Shown: positions 52,645 through 64,000 of the stretch, piece by piece
Position numbering within the stretch: position 1 is the stretch's first letter
Layout: every line of letters starts with the position of its first letter
Source of the DNA: Octopus vulgaris
Taxonomy: Eukaryota
DNA length: 64,000 nucleotides
Direction: 5' to 3'
Assembly (NCBI GenBank): GCA_951406725.2
Contig: OX597818.1
Location: forward strand, 57,846,001-57,910,000
Translations under genes and position numbers: made by a program
Notes under the pieces: model-generated
The model's database searches: none
What the model saw: only the letters and a program-made list of their open reading frames with translations
Told to the model about the DNA's origin: nothing

Positions 52645-52682
<38 letters not shown>

Positions 52683-52712
52683 GTACATAAGAGATTATCC
52701 TTAATTGTTAAA

Positions 52713-52748
<36 letters not shown>

Positions 52749-53467
52749 CATACATACATGAAACTATACACACATATCAACTCATTTCTGAGCGATTATA
52801 CATTCTCGTTTATAGCCTAACTGAAAAGGCGAACAGCGTGATATACTAAAGTTTGTGGTTTGCCTGTATAGGCGAAGGTAACATGTGTTGTTGAAGCATA
52901 TCACGTTAGATCTAAAACATTGTCATCTAATCACAATTGTCAATGCATTCTTAGTCATTTTGCTACGATGTAATTTACTTGAATGTTTCTCAAGCAATAT
53001 TGTATAACAGAATTCGTAAATTGGAAATACGCGTACAATCTTTTTATTTCATGCTGGTAAATATATTTTCATTTCTGATTGTGTTGATTGCCGTAATCTG
53101 ATCTATCATATAAAAAATATCATTGGAGCGCGTGCCTTTCAAAAACAGTCACGAATGATCCCTGAGTTTTATCTCTTCTGCTTGGAAAAACAATTTATTC
53201 CATCTGAATTTTTTCAAACAATAAAACATGACAGACTCGATCAATTTCTAGATTCATCATATTTTACAATCATTAAGTTCATGTTGGAATAACCCATAAG
53301 ATATAAATTAGATATAAAAGTTACATCGAAGACACACACACACACACACAAACATATACACACAGCCACATACGCACACGCACGCCTACACAAGCACACA
53401 GATTCACACACGCACGCACATGCACGCAAAAACGCACACGCGTAAGGCCCTATGATAAACGAAATAT

Positions 53468-53696
53468 GAGGCAGCTGGCAGAACCGTTAGCACGCCGGGC
53501 AAAATGCTTAGCATTATTTCGTCTGCCGCTACGTTCTGAGTTCAAATTCCGCCGAGGTCGACTTTGCCTTTCATCCTTTCGGGGTCGATTAAATAAGTAC
53601 CAGTCATGCACTGGAGTAAAAATAATCGACTTGATCCGTTTGTCTGCCCTTGTTTGTCCTCTATGTGTTTAGCCCCTTGTGGGTAGTAAAGAAATA
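53468..53696 (+). mobile_element. SINE family A monomer
   Basis: Family A consensus. Confidence 0.9.
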
Positions 53697-54238
53697 GTAA
53701 TATGAGACAGTGTTCATAAAGCATTTAGTTTTATGCAAGTTCTGTTCTACATTATTTCTGCATGTCCTCAGTGAAAAGTCCCAATCCAAGATTCATAGAA
53801 AAATGATACAACTATAATAACACGAACAAGAATACACAAGCAGTACTAACTACTGGGAATTTGCCGCATACGTTAAGAATTGAATTGCATAGGACGAACA
53901 TATAGATATATACGTACGTTCACGTGTGAGTAGGAAGTTGTTAAATTTCGAATGGAAAGACGCGGAAACTTCAGGAACATTTTATTGTAATATGATGGTT
54001 TAATTGTCACACATCAACAGTTAGTGAAGCCCTTTTGTACGTATTGCTTGTGACCTTTATAAAGTATCATCATTGTACATTGAAAACATCTCCCTTTAAA
54101 TTTCACCTCGTTCTTAACGAGACCTACAACCCATAAGACTGGAACCTAATCCCGTCTCTTCAACATTTAAGCTACTGATTATTACAACACATTTGAGTTC
54201 AAATTCCGCTGAGTTTAAATTCCGTCGAGGTTGACATT

Positions 54239-54503
54239 AAATAATAATAAATAAATGCGCACTTTTAAAGCTTAGCCAGGCTCATGGGCCCGGTTTTCCG
54301 GTCTCTATGGCGTATGTGTTCCCCAGCTGGACGGGACGCCAGTCCCTCGCAGCGTTACTCATTTTCGCCAGTTGAGTGGACTGGAGCAAGGTGAAATGAA
54401 GTGTTTTGCTCAAGAACACAACACGTCACACGGTCCAGGAATCAATACCACAATCTTACGATCATGATACTGATACCCTAACCACTCAGCCATGCGCCTC
54501 CAC
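54239..54503 (-). mobile_element. tRNA-derived SINE family E nested in a family A copy (54192-54630), 13-bp TSD
   Basis: Head 'tggaggcgcatggctgagtggttagg', body 'gtgttcttgagcaaaacacttc...ctgcgagggactggcgtcccgtccag'. TSD cgaggtYgacatt at 54226-54238 and 54504-54516. Confidence 0.85.
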
Positions 54504-54942
54504 CGAGGTCGACATTGCCATTAACCATTTCGGGGTCGATTAAATAAGTAACAGTTAGACACTGGGCTCCATGTAATCGATTTAATGTGTTCCCCCAAAG
54601 TTGAGGCCTTATGCTTTCAGTAGAAAGGATATTAATACACATCACCATTGACAAGAATGCCGGCTTGCTTCATATTTGGCTGGCTGCAGAAAGCTGGGAA
54701 CGAGGTATTAATGTGAAATGAAAAATTTCGTTCAAGAACACAATGAACAGCTGGGCCAGGAATCGAAACCACAATCTCAAAATAGTGAGTTCAAGACCCT
54801 CAGAACTCTGACATGAAATCGGGAACAAGACAGAATGTATGAAAGACGCAAACTGAACCACTTTGGTTTAAATACGTCTATCTGACACCAAGCTTATTTA
54901 TATAGCAAATATTTCAATCACACACATAGAGCCAATATTATA

Positions 54943-54978
<36 letters not shown>

Positions 54979-55021
54979 TGTATGTATGTATGTATGTATG
55001 TATGTATGTATGTATGTATGA

Positions 55022-55242
55022 ATGTATTCAAAATGTAATGACATGTGAATCGTTGGCGATTTTTTTTTCCTTCGTCTTCCTTTTCACTTGGATTTTCCTA
55101 TATCTTTTGTTTCTGAAGAAGAGCTTTACTGGAAATGTAACACCAAATTTTTTTCGTTCCCTGAGCGTCTGCTAATAATTTACATGCATCAAGTCCTCGC
55201 GTTCTTGATTTTTTGTATTTCTTCTTCGTTTTTTTAAAGAGT

Positions 55243-55245
<3 letters not shown>
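55022..55245 (+). mobile_element. pLTR-like repeat with degenerate minimal hammerhead, between (TATG)n and (TA)n
   Basis: gttt-CTGAAGA-a-gagc(ttt)actg-GAAA-tgt-a at 55109-55139. Homologous to 51600-51815. Confidence 0.55.
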
Positions 55246-55297
<52 letters not shown>

Positions 55298-55312
55298 TGT
55301 ATATATACATAC

Positions 55313-55678
55313 ACAGGGGGGCGATGAGCAAATTACCGCCTTTTTAATTTTTATTTCGTGCATGCGAATGGTCTGTTTTTGATTTTGTCGATTATACAGT
55401 ATACTAGGATGTGTTGGCCACAATCCTTTGAGAACGAAACCACCATGACGCAGTTTACTCTGCGAGACATTTGGAAAGGACATGCTGCACTGCCTGGCAT
55501 TCGATCTGGAGCCTCAACTGAGAACATTTCAAAGTGTTGGGTGTCAATCTGAGTCTCGAAAACTATATGGAGAGTGATAAATATCAAACATCCAGTCGAC
55601 AACATGATGTTTGGAGTGATCACGTGTGATAGCGACGTTATGCTTTCATTCATCTTCCCACACGGCCGTAGGCTCCAA
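55313..55678 (+). mobile_element. Tc1/mariner-superfamily transposase relic
   Basis: 55587-55675 reads KHPVDNMMFGVITCDSDVMLSFIFPHGRRL, resembling the K.P..VMV.G.I...G....F region of DD37D/Tc1-type transposases. A 'cagggggcgatgagcaaatt' TIR-like start is present. Confidence 0.5.
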
Positions 55679-55749
55679 CCCGGAACCGTGTGGTTGGTGA
55701 GCTAGCTACTTACCACAATCCTTCCCTGTTTTTACTGCATATACTTTTG

Positions 55750-55961
55750 TTTGCCTCAGTAATTTCACTGTCGCCATGCTGGAGCGCCTCTTTAGTCGAA
55801 AACATCGACAACGAGATATATTCTTGATAAGTCTAGTCCTTAATCTATCGGTCTATTTCGCCGAAGCGTTAGGTTTCTGTGACGTAAACACACCAGCACC
55901 GGTTGTAGAACACACAGACAAACAAACAGACACAAACACACACACACACACACAGACACAA

Positions 55962-56005
<44 letters not shown>

Positions 56006-56134
56006 GAGTGCCTTCTTTCAGATTCCATCGATCAAAACTACACGCAAGATTTTGTCGATCCACGGCTACAGAAGAAAACCCGGAACCATGTGGTTGGTAA
56101 ACAAGCTACTGACCACATAGCCACTCCTGAGGCC
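55750..56134 (-). mobile_element. SINE family B (diverged)
   Basis: 'gccatgctggagc.cc', 'gacgtaaacacaccagca', 'ccggaaccatgtggttggtaa..agctact.accaca.agccactcctg'. Confidence 0.75.
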
Positions 56135-56199
56135 TTATATTTCATTTTTTTATGTATACCTGTAAGAAAAGATCTTTTGGCATCTTTACTCAATTTGTC

Positions 56200-56250
56200 A
56201 AATATATATATATATATAATAATGTAGCAAGAACTTTCTGTTTATTACAC

Positions 56251-56297
<47 letters not shown>

Positions 56298-56473
56298 AAT
56301 ATATATATGTATATATATAAATGTATATATATAAATGTACATGTATGTATACATATATTTATATATGCGTGTGTGCGTGTGCATTTATATTTATATGAAC
56401 CGTTTATACATACATACATGCACACACAATAATATATATATATATATATATTTACATGCATATACATATATCT

Positions 56474-56524
<51 letters not shown>

Positions 56525-56568
56525 TGTACATATATATTCATATATATATATACATATATGTACATATA

Positions 56569-56603
<35 letters not shown>

Positions 56604-56644
56604 TTATATACATATGAATACACATAATATATACATATACAAAT

Positions 56645-56709
<65 letters not shown>

Positions 56710-56724
56710 AGTGTGTGTGTGTGT
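56200..56724. repeat. Long compound (TA)n/(CA)n/(TG)n microsatellite
   Basis: Direct inspection. Confidence 0.95.
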
Positions 56725-57293
56725 AGAAATATATTACGACTACGTTTTGTTACTGCCTCCATTAAACATTTGATTATAGAGGCCATGCCTGTGGAAACGA
56801 CACTGTCATAGACAGATGCTATGCAAATGTCTGTTTCAGAAGCTTGCTGTTAGATTTATTCAAAGATTCTATATAACAAGAAAACCATTTACCAAGTACA
56901 ACATCCTTTAATTAATAGTTTCGAAAGTAATCGTATCAGTAGCTCGTTCAATATTATTGTTTTCACATTTAATTTTGTGAAATGAAATCCTCTCGTTACA
57001 GCCTTATATTGGAAGTGGTAAACTGACAGGAAAAGAGTTTCCAAAAGGGACATCATATTCGTTGCAACGTAGAAGAAATATATTTGGGCAGAACTCGAGC
57101 TGTCACTAAACTTATGAAAAGGAAGCGAAGCAAAATTCTGTCTTCCTCTCTCTCCCTTTCTCCGTCTCTCTCTCTCTCTCTCACTATGTATATATATAAG
57201 TTCAACAAAATTTAGATTCAGATGAATATGGTACTTAAGTTAAAGGCACCAGAATTTGGTATGGTAGTATCCATATAAATCAAATGGGGTGAT

Positions 57294-57522
57294 TATAATC
57301 GAAACAAGCAACAAGGATACCCAAGGTAGTGTAGTACAATCATCTTTAAATGCTTAAAAGTATAAAAATGTACATTGTCTATTTAATTGAAAAAATTCTA
57401 TATGTGGGTGAAGATTGCTCTACATTTTAAAACTGATGTAATACTTATATTGTTTAATAAAATGAAGTAGCATGAAACGTTTGTACTACACTACCTTGGA
57501 TATCCTTGTTGCTTATTTTGAT

Positions 57523-57526
<4 letters not shown>
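57294..57526. mobile_element. Short element with 46-bp inverted termini next to (TA)n (inverted pLTR or MITE)
   Basis: 57294-57339 versus the reverse complement of 57481-57526 is 43/46 identical. Confidence 0.7.
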
Positions 57527-57553
<27 letters not shown>

Positions 57554-58021
57554 CCACTCATGTTTATAATATAGTCAGATACAGCTTCAACTGGTCACAA
57601 GCATAAGACCGTTTTTCATCTTTTTTGTTTCATGAAGATTATCAGCAGATTCTGTAAGAGAAGCTTACTGAAATAGCCGGACGATTCTTTGAATTCTTAT
57701 CTCATACTACTAGTCATGAACACACGCACACAGACATACACACGCGCACGCACACGCACACACACATATGCAGAGACACATACATAATTCAAACTTAGAC
57801 TCCGATGTCTTTACGAGGGACCAATTCCGAGGGGAAAGTGGGGCTATGCGACGAATCCAGATGAGCAAATATGGAGGCAGTTACTCTTTAATCCGTGAAA
57901 GTGGTTCCTAGGAAAGACATTTGAGTCTAACTTCGAACCATTGGAGTGGTACGAAGTGTTTTCTATACCAAGAATTTCTTGATCTTGTCTGTTTACTACA
58001 CACGCACACACATACACACAC

Positions 58022-58105
<84 letters not shown>

Positions 58106-58127
58106 GTATATATATATATGTATATAT

Positions 58128-58201
<74 letters not shown>

Positions 58202-58209
58202 ATATATAT

Positions 58210-58455
58210 CATAGTATCATAGTATCAACCAGACTATCAGGAACTGTTATACACCGATGATCACAGTGCGCTTATAAATCTTTTTATATCGTTCCATTCA
58301 TTCCCATCTTGACCGAACCTCATTGAATAAATCGTCCGCTCATCGTCGTGGGGCCTTTCCAGCTTGCGTTTTCCGATCTTTTGTACTCCACAGCACGGGT
58401 TCACATCATGTGGGGCCCAACGGAATTTGAGCTTCCACTACCCTTGGATGCATGA
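58210..58455 (-). mobile_element. RTE-clade LINE 3' end
   Basis: Minus strand KLKFRWAPH...RKRKLERPT..ADDL resembles the RTE C-terminal RWAGH...KR..GRP..RW.DD. A short UTR ends in the tandem 'gatactat' repeat then (TA)n. Confidence 0.65.
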
Positions 58456-58587
58456 AAATCGTGCTGAAGCCCTTCAAATATGTTATATATTTAATTCAAA
58501 GCTTCATGTTCATATTTTGTTTTGGGCTCGTTAAATATGGAAATATGTCAAAGGTATATGTATCTGAATAACCCTGTTAACCAGATT

Positions 58588-59696
58588 GGTTTCAAATTTT
58601 GGTAGAAGGCCAGAAATATTGAGAGCGGGGTTAAGACGATTACATCGACCCCAACACTCAACTGGTACTTATTTCATCCACCCTAAACGTTATGGAAGAC
58701 AAAGTAGATCTCTGCGAAATATGAACTCAGAACATAAAGACGGACGATATGCAGGGGTAGTAACGATTCTACCAGATCACCGCCTTATCTCTTTATTCAT
58801 ATTTACAATCAAAGAAGGCGGTGAGCTGGCACAACCGGTAGCACACCGGACGAAATGCTTAGCACTATTTCGTCTGCCGCTACGTTCTGAGTTCAAATTC
58901 CGCCAAGGTCGACTTTGCCTTTCATCCTTTCGGGGTCGATAAATTAAGTACCAGTTACGCACTGAGGTCGATGTAATCGACTTAATCCGTTTGTCTGTCC
59001 TTGTTTGTCCTCTCTGTTTTTAGCCCCTTGTGGGTAGTAAAGAAATAGGTATTTCGCCCATCGCTACGTTCTGAGTTCAAATTCCGCCGAGGTCGACTTT
59101 GCCTTTCATCCTTTCGGGGTCGATAAATTAAGTACCAGTTACGCACTGAGGTCGATGTAATCGACTTAATCCGTTTGTCTGTCCTTGTTTGTCCTCTCTG
59201 TGTTTAGCCCCTTGTGGGTAGTAAAGAAATAGGCATTTCGCCCATCGCTACGTTTTGAGTTCAAATTCCGTCGCGGTCGACATTGCCTTTCATCCTTTCG
59301 GGGTCGCTGAATTAAGTACCAGTGAAATTCTGGGGTCGATGTAATCGACCACTCCACTCCCCCAAACTTCAGGCCATGTGACTATAATATAAAGAATATT
59401 TACGATTAACGGGAAGGTAGATCATCAGTATCATCAACTGTATGCCAAACGACGAAATGGATAAAAGCCCGAAAAAAATATCGATTTCAAATTTTTGGCA
59501 CAAGCCCAGCAAATTCGAATGATGGTATAAATCTGCTATGTCGACTCAGTGTTCAAATAGTACGTATTTTATCGACTTCGAAATTGATAAAAGACGAAGT
59601 TGACCTCGGCGGATTTGTAATCAGAATATAAAGACGGACGAAACGCTTCTAAGCATTTGGCCCGGCGCTCTAACGTATATGCCAGCTTGTCGCCTT
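58588..59696. mobile_element. SINE family A cluster: minus copy, plus-strand trimer (58816-59400), minus copy
   Basis: The trimer has a 184-bp period (Yatttcg at 58866, 59050, 59234). Diverged minus copies lie at 58588-58786 and 59483-59696. Confidence 0.88.
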
Positions 59697-60179
59697 ATCC
59701 CTGGTATACACTGTTACGAATAGCGAGTAGTGTCATCGTCTGAGCAATCAACTGAAGGGGAAACATCGAAACTAATAAAAGGTCGAAAATAATATTGCAG
59801 TGTTTTTTGTCTGAAAGCTATAAGAACATTTCACAAGGTGAAAATATATGAACTTTTCTTCATAAATGAAGAAAGCCTAAATATTTTTTTCCTCACAGTA
59901 TATTTATAAAAAATATAAAATGCTATAATAAATGTGCATTCCACCTATAAACGTTGAGGTTTTAGATTTGAAAAAAGCAAAAGAAAATAGAAAATAAAGA
60001 AAGGGGATGAAATAAAATGAACACAAAAATTGTATTCAATAAATTATAGAAGTTTAAATCTTATTTGGAAATGTTTCAAGTATATTTTGCATCAACCGAA
60101 TAATATTTATATTTCGTATAAAAATATGTTGTTGAGTCAAACGATTTTCTTTTCAACTCGCAGAATAATAGAAAGTGTC

Positions 60180-60192
60180 AGAGAGGGAGATG

Positions 60193-60244
<52 letters not shown>

Positions 60245-60480
60245 AGGAAAGAGATGAACAGAACGAGATGGAGAGAGATGTAGAGAGAGAGAAATGAAGA
60301 GGGAAATGAAGAGAGATGGTGAGAGAGAGACGGGGGAGATTGTGCGATAAAGACGGAGAGGGAGTAAGTGAAGGAGAGAAAGAAAAAGGGAATGAATGAG
60401 AGAAGGATAGGGAGAGATTGAGAAAGAGTGCGGAAGAGCGGGAGAGGGGGAGAGTCAGAGAGGAAGTAAGGCAGACAGAC
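60180..60480. repeat. (GA)-rich polypurine tract
   Basis: Direct inspection. Confidence 0.9.
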
Positions 60481-62888
60481 AAACGTACTGACAGACATGA
60501 AAAAGCAAAACAGACACTCGAACCGTTTCGAAGTCATTCCAGTAAAGATGTTGATATAGTCAACTCACTTTTAGCTTTGTTTATAATATTTATTGAAGTT
60601 ATTAGTTCTTGCTTTTCATTTAGCACGAAATATTCTAACCTTTACACTGACAATCTACTTAACCTCATGATGTAAAAGTGAGTTTATTTTACATTTTATT
60701 TTTAAAATTCCGGTTTCTTACGTTGAAATTTATTTCTCATTTTAGAATTACTATAAGGTGACACGGAACATTTCCTAGTTTTATTTCCAATGTTGTAATA
60801 TGTCAAAATATGATAAATGTATTTATTCACGTTGAAAAGCTTCCTGTAGGTAAAAATTAAATACCTATATTGAATGTGATGATTGTGGATAATTTCTGTT
60901 GAAGATATAAAATAATTATTTCTTCGGATAAACGTATTAAAATAATATAAAGACTGGAAGAGGTTTTTGAATTTAAAAGAAATAAAATTGAAAACTAAAC
61001 CTTATGCTATATTTGAAAATATACTATAATCTGCAGTTTAAATTTATTATTCAATACAATTTTAAACCTCTCATATTAACCATTCTATCGTGATTAATTA
61101 ATTATGTATGTTATCAATTCTCTCAAAATATTTGACGATATGGGCTAGAAATGAGTGCGATTAAAAAAACCTAATTCTTCTTTGTGGACATGACTTTAAA
61201 AACCAATACTTCTAATATAATTGAAACTGGAATGGCGCCACTGCTTCTAATTTCAATTCTGCTTTAAACATGGTGACTTGCGTCTACGAGAGAATGAGAA
61301 ATAATTTATTCTTTTAAATTTTTTACCATAGGATCGCCGCATAATAATACCTACTTCATCACTGAATGAGCTATTTGCTTCCTTTTTTTGTTTTGAATTC
61401 AATTAATTTCACTCTTAAGAATATTACACATGGAGTCGTTTTGTCGTAAAGTAGTAAAGAAGAAATACATTTAACTGAATTTTATATAACGGAAAAGGAA
61501 CCCATTAATAGAATGGAAATAAATATAAATAAATAAATGCTCTTACAATAAAAAATACATCGAAATTATTATCTCTAATATATATTTATAAAAAAAATAC
61601 GTTGTTATAAAAATTACTTTAGCCTCTTTTAGAACATGTTTGTCAATGTTTTATTAGTGTTTAATTATTAATTATACTAAACAGAAATATTGTACTTGTA
61701 TGACAAGCGATAACGCATAATGGCACCAGTGTTTGGTTTATTAAAAAGAAACATTAAGATGCAAGGTGATACAATTTAATGCGAATAAATACAGATGCAG
61801 GCAGATGAACACAGATACGGAAGGTTTGTTCTCAACATCACATTTTCGCTGACGCATATCCCTGATGCATAATAAAAAATGTGGAAAATATTTTCAAATT
61901 ATGAACCTCCGTTAAGAGGAAGAAATATTTAATATTTAGTAATTTACTGAAATATTAAAAAATGACATGATAAATGACTCAAGAAGCCGGGTCTATTTTG
62001 TACAGAACATAGTAAATTTTACCATTAATAGCAGACAATATGTGTATAAAATACAGGATCCAAATAACAATATTTTACCGATCCCATACGTTTCTGTAAC
62101 AGCATTATGCAGTATCGTGGGTAAATAATGTACTGGGCTTTATCTTGTTTTGGATTCTCATACGTACATCATTTTTTAACTATTTTCACAACGGCCGGCT
62201 GATATATCATTCTTGTTAAAGAAATTGAGGAGAGACTGAGGCTGTGGCAAGAGTCCTGGACAACTTCTGGAGCACTACGGCAAATTCATTGAAGTCAGAG
62301 GATCTTACTTTGAAGAAGAATAGTTATATGAACTTCTTTGAGGCTTCAAAAATGAAAGGAATTGTCTCACGAAAGTTTTGGAACGTCCTTTACATATTTA
62401 TATAAATATGAAGCATTGATAGAGTTTGTCGCTAATCATTAAATATCTGACATGTAAAGTTAATATATGTCGCAGTTTCTGTAAATTATTATAAGGTTAA
62501 CTACACAATTTAGAATATTATTATCATTATTATCAGGTTATGTTTGAATGTCTGTTCTCTAGCTTCATCCGGGTGAGATAGGTTTCAATTGAGAACATAT
62601 CCATTAACTTGCAGCTTTGCCTGGAATGTTGGCTTCGTAAACAGTGGTTGGTAATGCACTGGCATTTATTGAAGCTACGGTTTCTGTAGAGGTTCTACGT
62701 TGGAGAGAATTTGTATTCAGTGTTCATGATGAGCGTTCTGTCGCAACTCCACCCTTTCACATATGTGCGCTAAAGGGTTAAGTGAAAAGTAGGAGAAGGT
62801 GGCTGGCGTCTTGAACATTTTCCGTTGCACCCTGTCTTCTTTCAATGCAAATATATTTGAAACAATTTGTTAATAAATATGTAATTGG

Positions 62889-63092
62889 TAAGGTGGAAAG
62901 CTAGCTGAATCGTTAGGGCTCCGGACAAAATGCTTAGCTGCATTTCGTTCGTTTCTACGATCTGAGTTAAAATTCCGCCGAAGTTGACTTTGGCTGAGTC
63001 GATAAAATAAGTACCGGTTGAGTTCTGGGGTCGATGTATTCGCCTTACTCCTTCCTCCCAAATTGCTGGCCTTGTGCCAAAATTTGAAACCA
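62889..63092 (+). mobile_element. SINE family A, diverged, old-type tail
   Basis: 'aaatgcttagc.gcatttcg...gagttaaaattccgccgaagttgacttt...gtcgataaaataagtacc...ctggggtcgatgta'. Confidence 0.75.
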
Positions 63093-64000
63093 GTGAATAT
63101 GTAATTGGTGAAATTTGGAAACATTGTTACAAGAATTTACCTGTCTCTTCATATTTAAGTTATTTTACGAAAAAAATATGAAAATATCAGTATTGATATA
63201 TACCTATATAATATTTCGATCCAGGAAATCAGCATTCGTCAAATGATTCCACGTACATCGATGCGTAAATATCACCCCGGAAAACACAAATTAAGGAATC
63301 TAGAATATTCCTTGCTGTTCACGTAACTCGCAATATAGTATAATGTAAATATAGCAGATATTTTTAAGTGCAGGTTACTGGTTAATTTTCCGAAAGATTT
63401 ATCTTGAAAATCTAAGATTATTGTTGGAAAATTCTGATTAATCGATTCGCTTACGCAGATTTGCTTACAATGCTTAAAATTGTACGTAAATATATGTGCT
63501 GTAAAACAAATATATATTTTGGCTTCCTATCTATGCATTATTATAAGATTACAAAATATGTTGACAATAATTCTATTGTTTGTAAAGCCTTTCTTTTTAT
63601 AAAATATGAAATTTATCAATTTCCTGTTTTCAATTTTGTAGAACAATCGTTATTTGCGATGTCTTTATAATAAAATTCTTACCAAAGGGTAAAAAATTTA
63701 AAGAACAATGGGAATTTGCTGCTGCCTATTTCGATATATTAGAATTTATGATTTTGAAATAACATAACTGGATTGTAATTGAAAACATCATTTTTTTGTC
63801 GTTACGAACAAAAAATATTAAAAACAAAAACATTTGTTTTGAAAGATTAATATGAAAATAATTAAGAATCAATACTGTTGTTTATCAATTACTAGAAAAA
63901 ATATGTTTAAATAAAAGAAATTATAAAAATACAAATATAGAAAACAATATTTTGTAACGAAGAAGATATCGTAATCTTCAGCAATTTAATATCTCTTTGA

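Noticed and set aside
44700-54503. tRNA-like sequences with A and B boxes
   Set aside because: They are SINE heads joined to repeat bodies; no complete cloverleaf was seen.
58816-59400. Regularly spaced repeats as a CRISPR array
   Set aside because: Whole 184-bp units repeat with no unique spacers, the context is eukaryotic, and there are no cas genes.

Overview
This is an AT-rich, microsatellite-saturated eukaryotic window. The SINE and repeat landscape points to an octopus (coleoid cephalopod) genome, which is an inference. Only one intact protein-coding gene is supportable: an intronless minus-strand class A neuropeptide GPCR of the sNPF/PrRP/NPY-receptor type (37777-38877). Almost all other ORFs in the supplied track are artefacts of simple repeats or SINEs. 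The rest consists of tRNA-derived SINEs (at least four families), decayed R4/Dong-like and RTE LINE ends, Tc1/mariner relics and several Penelope-like element (PLE) fragments. The most notable feature is a young non-coding element with a 490-bp unit at 2905-3752, inserted in a (TA)n tract. It carries a complete type I hammerhead ribozyme on the minus strand, is present as about 1.5 tandem units, and ends exactly at the predicted self-cleavage site followed by a 120-bp fold-back. This fits a retrozyme (self-cleaving, probably circularising RNA retroelement). A diverged homologous hammerhead terminus lies next to a decayed PLE reverse transcriptase at 50.2-51.2 kb, suggesting which lineage mobilises it. 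Several further degenerate or variant hammerheads occur across the window. All structures, translations and identities were read by eye.
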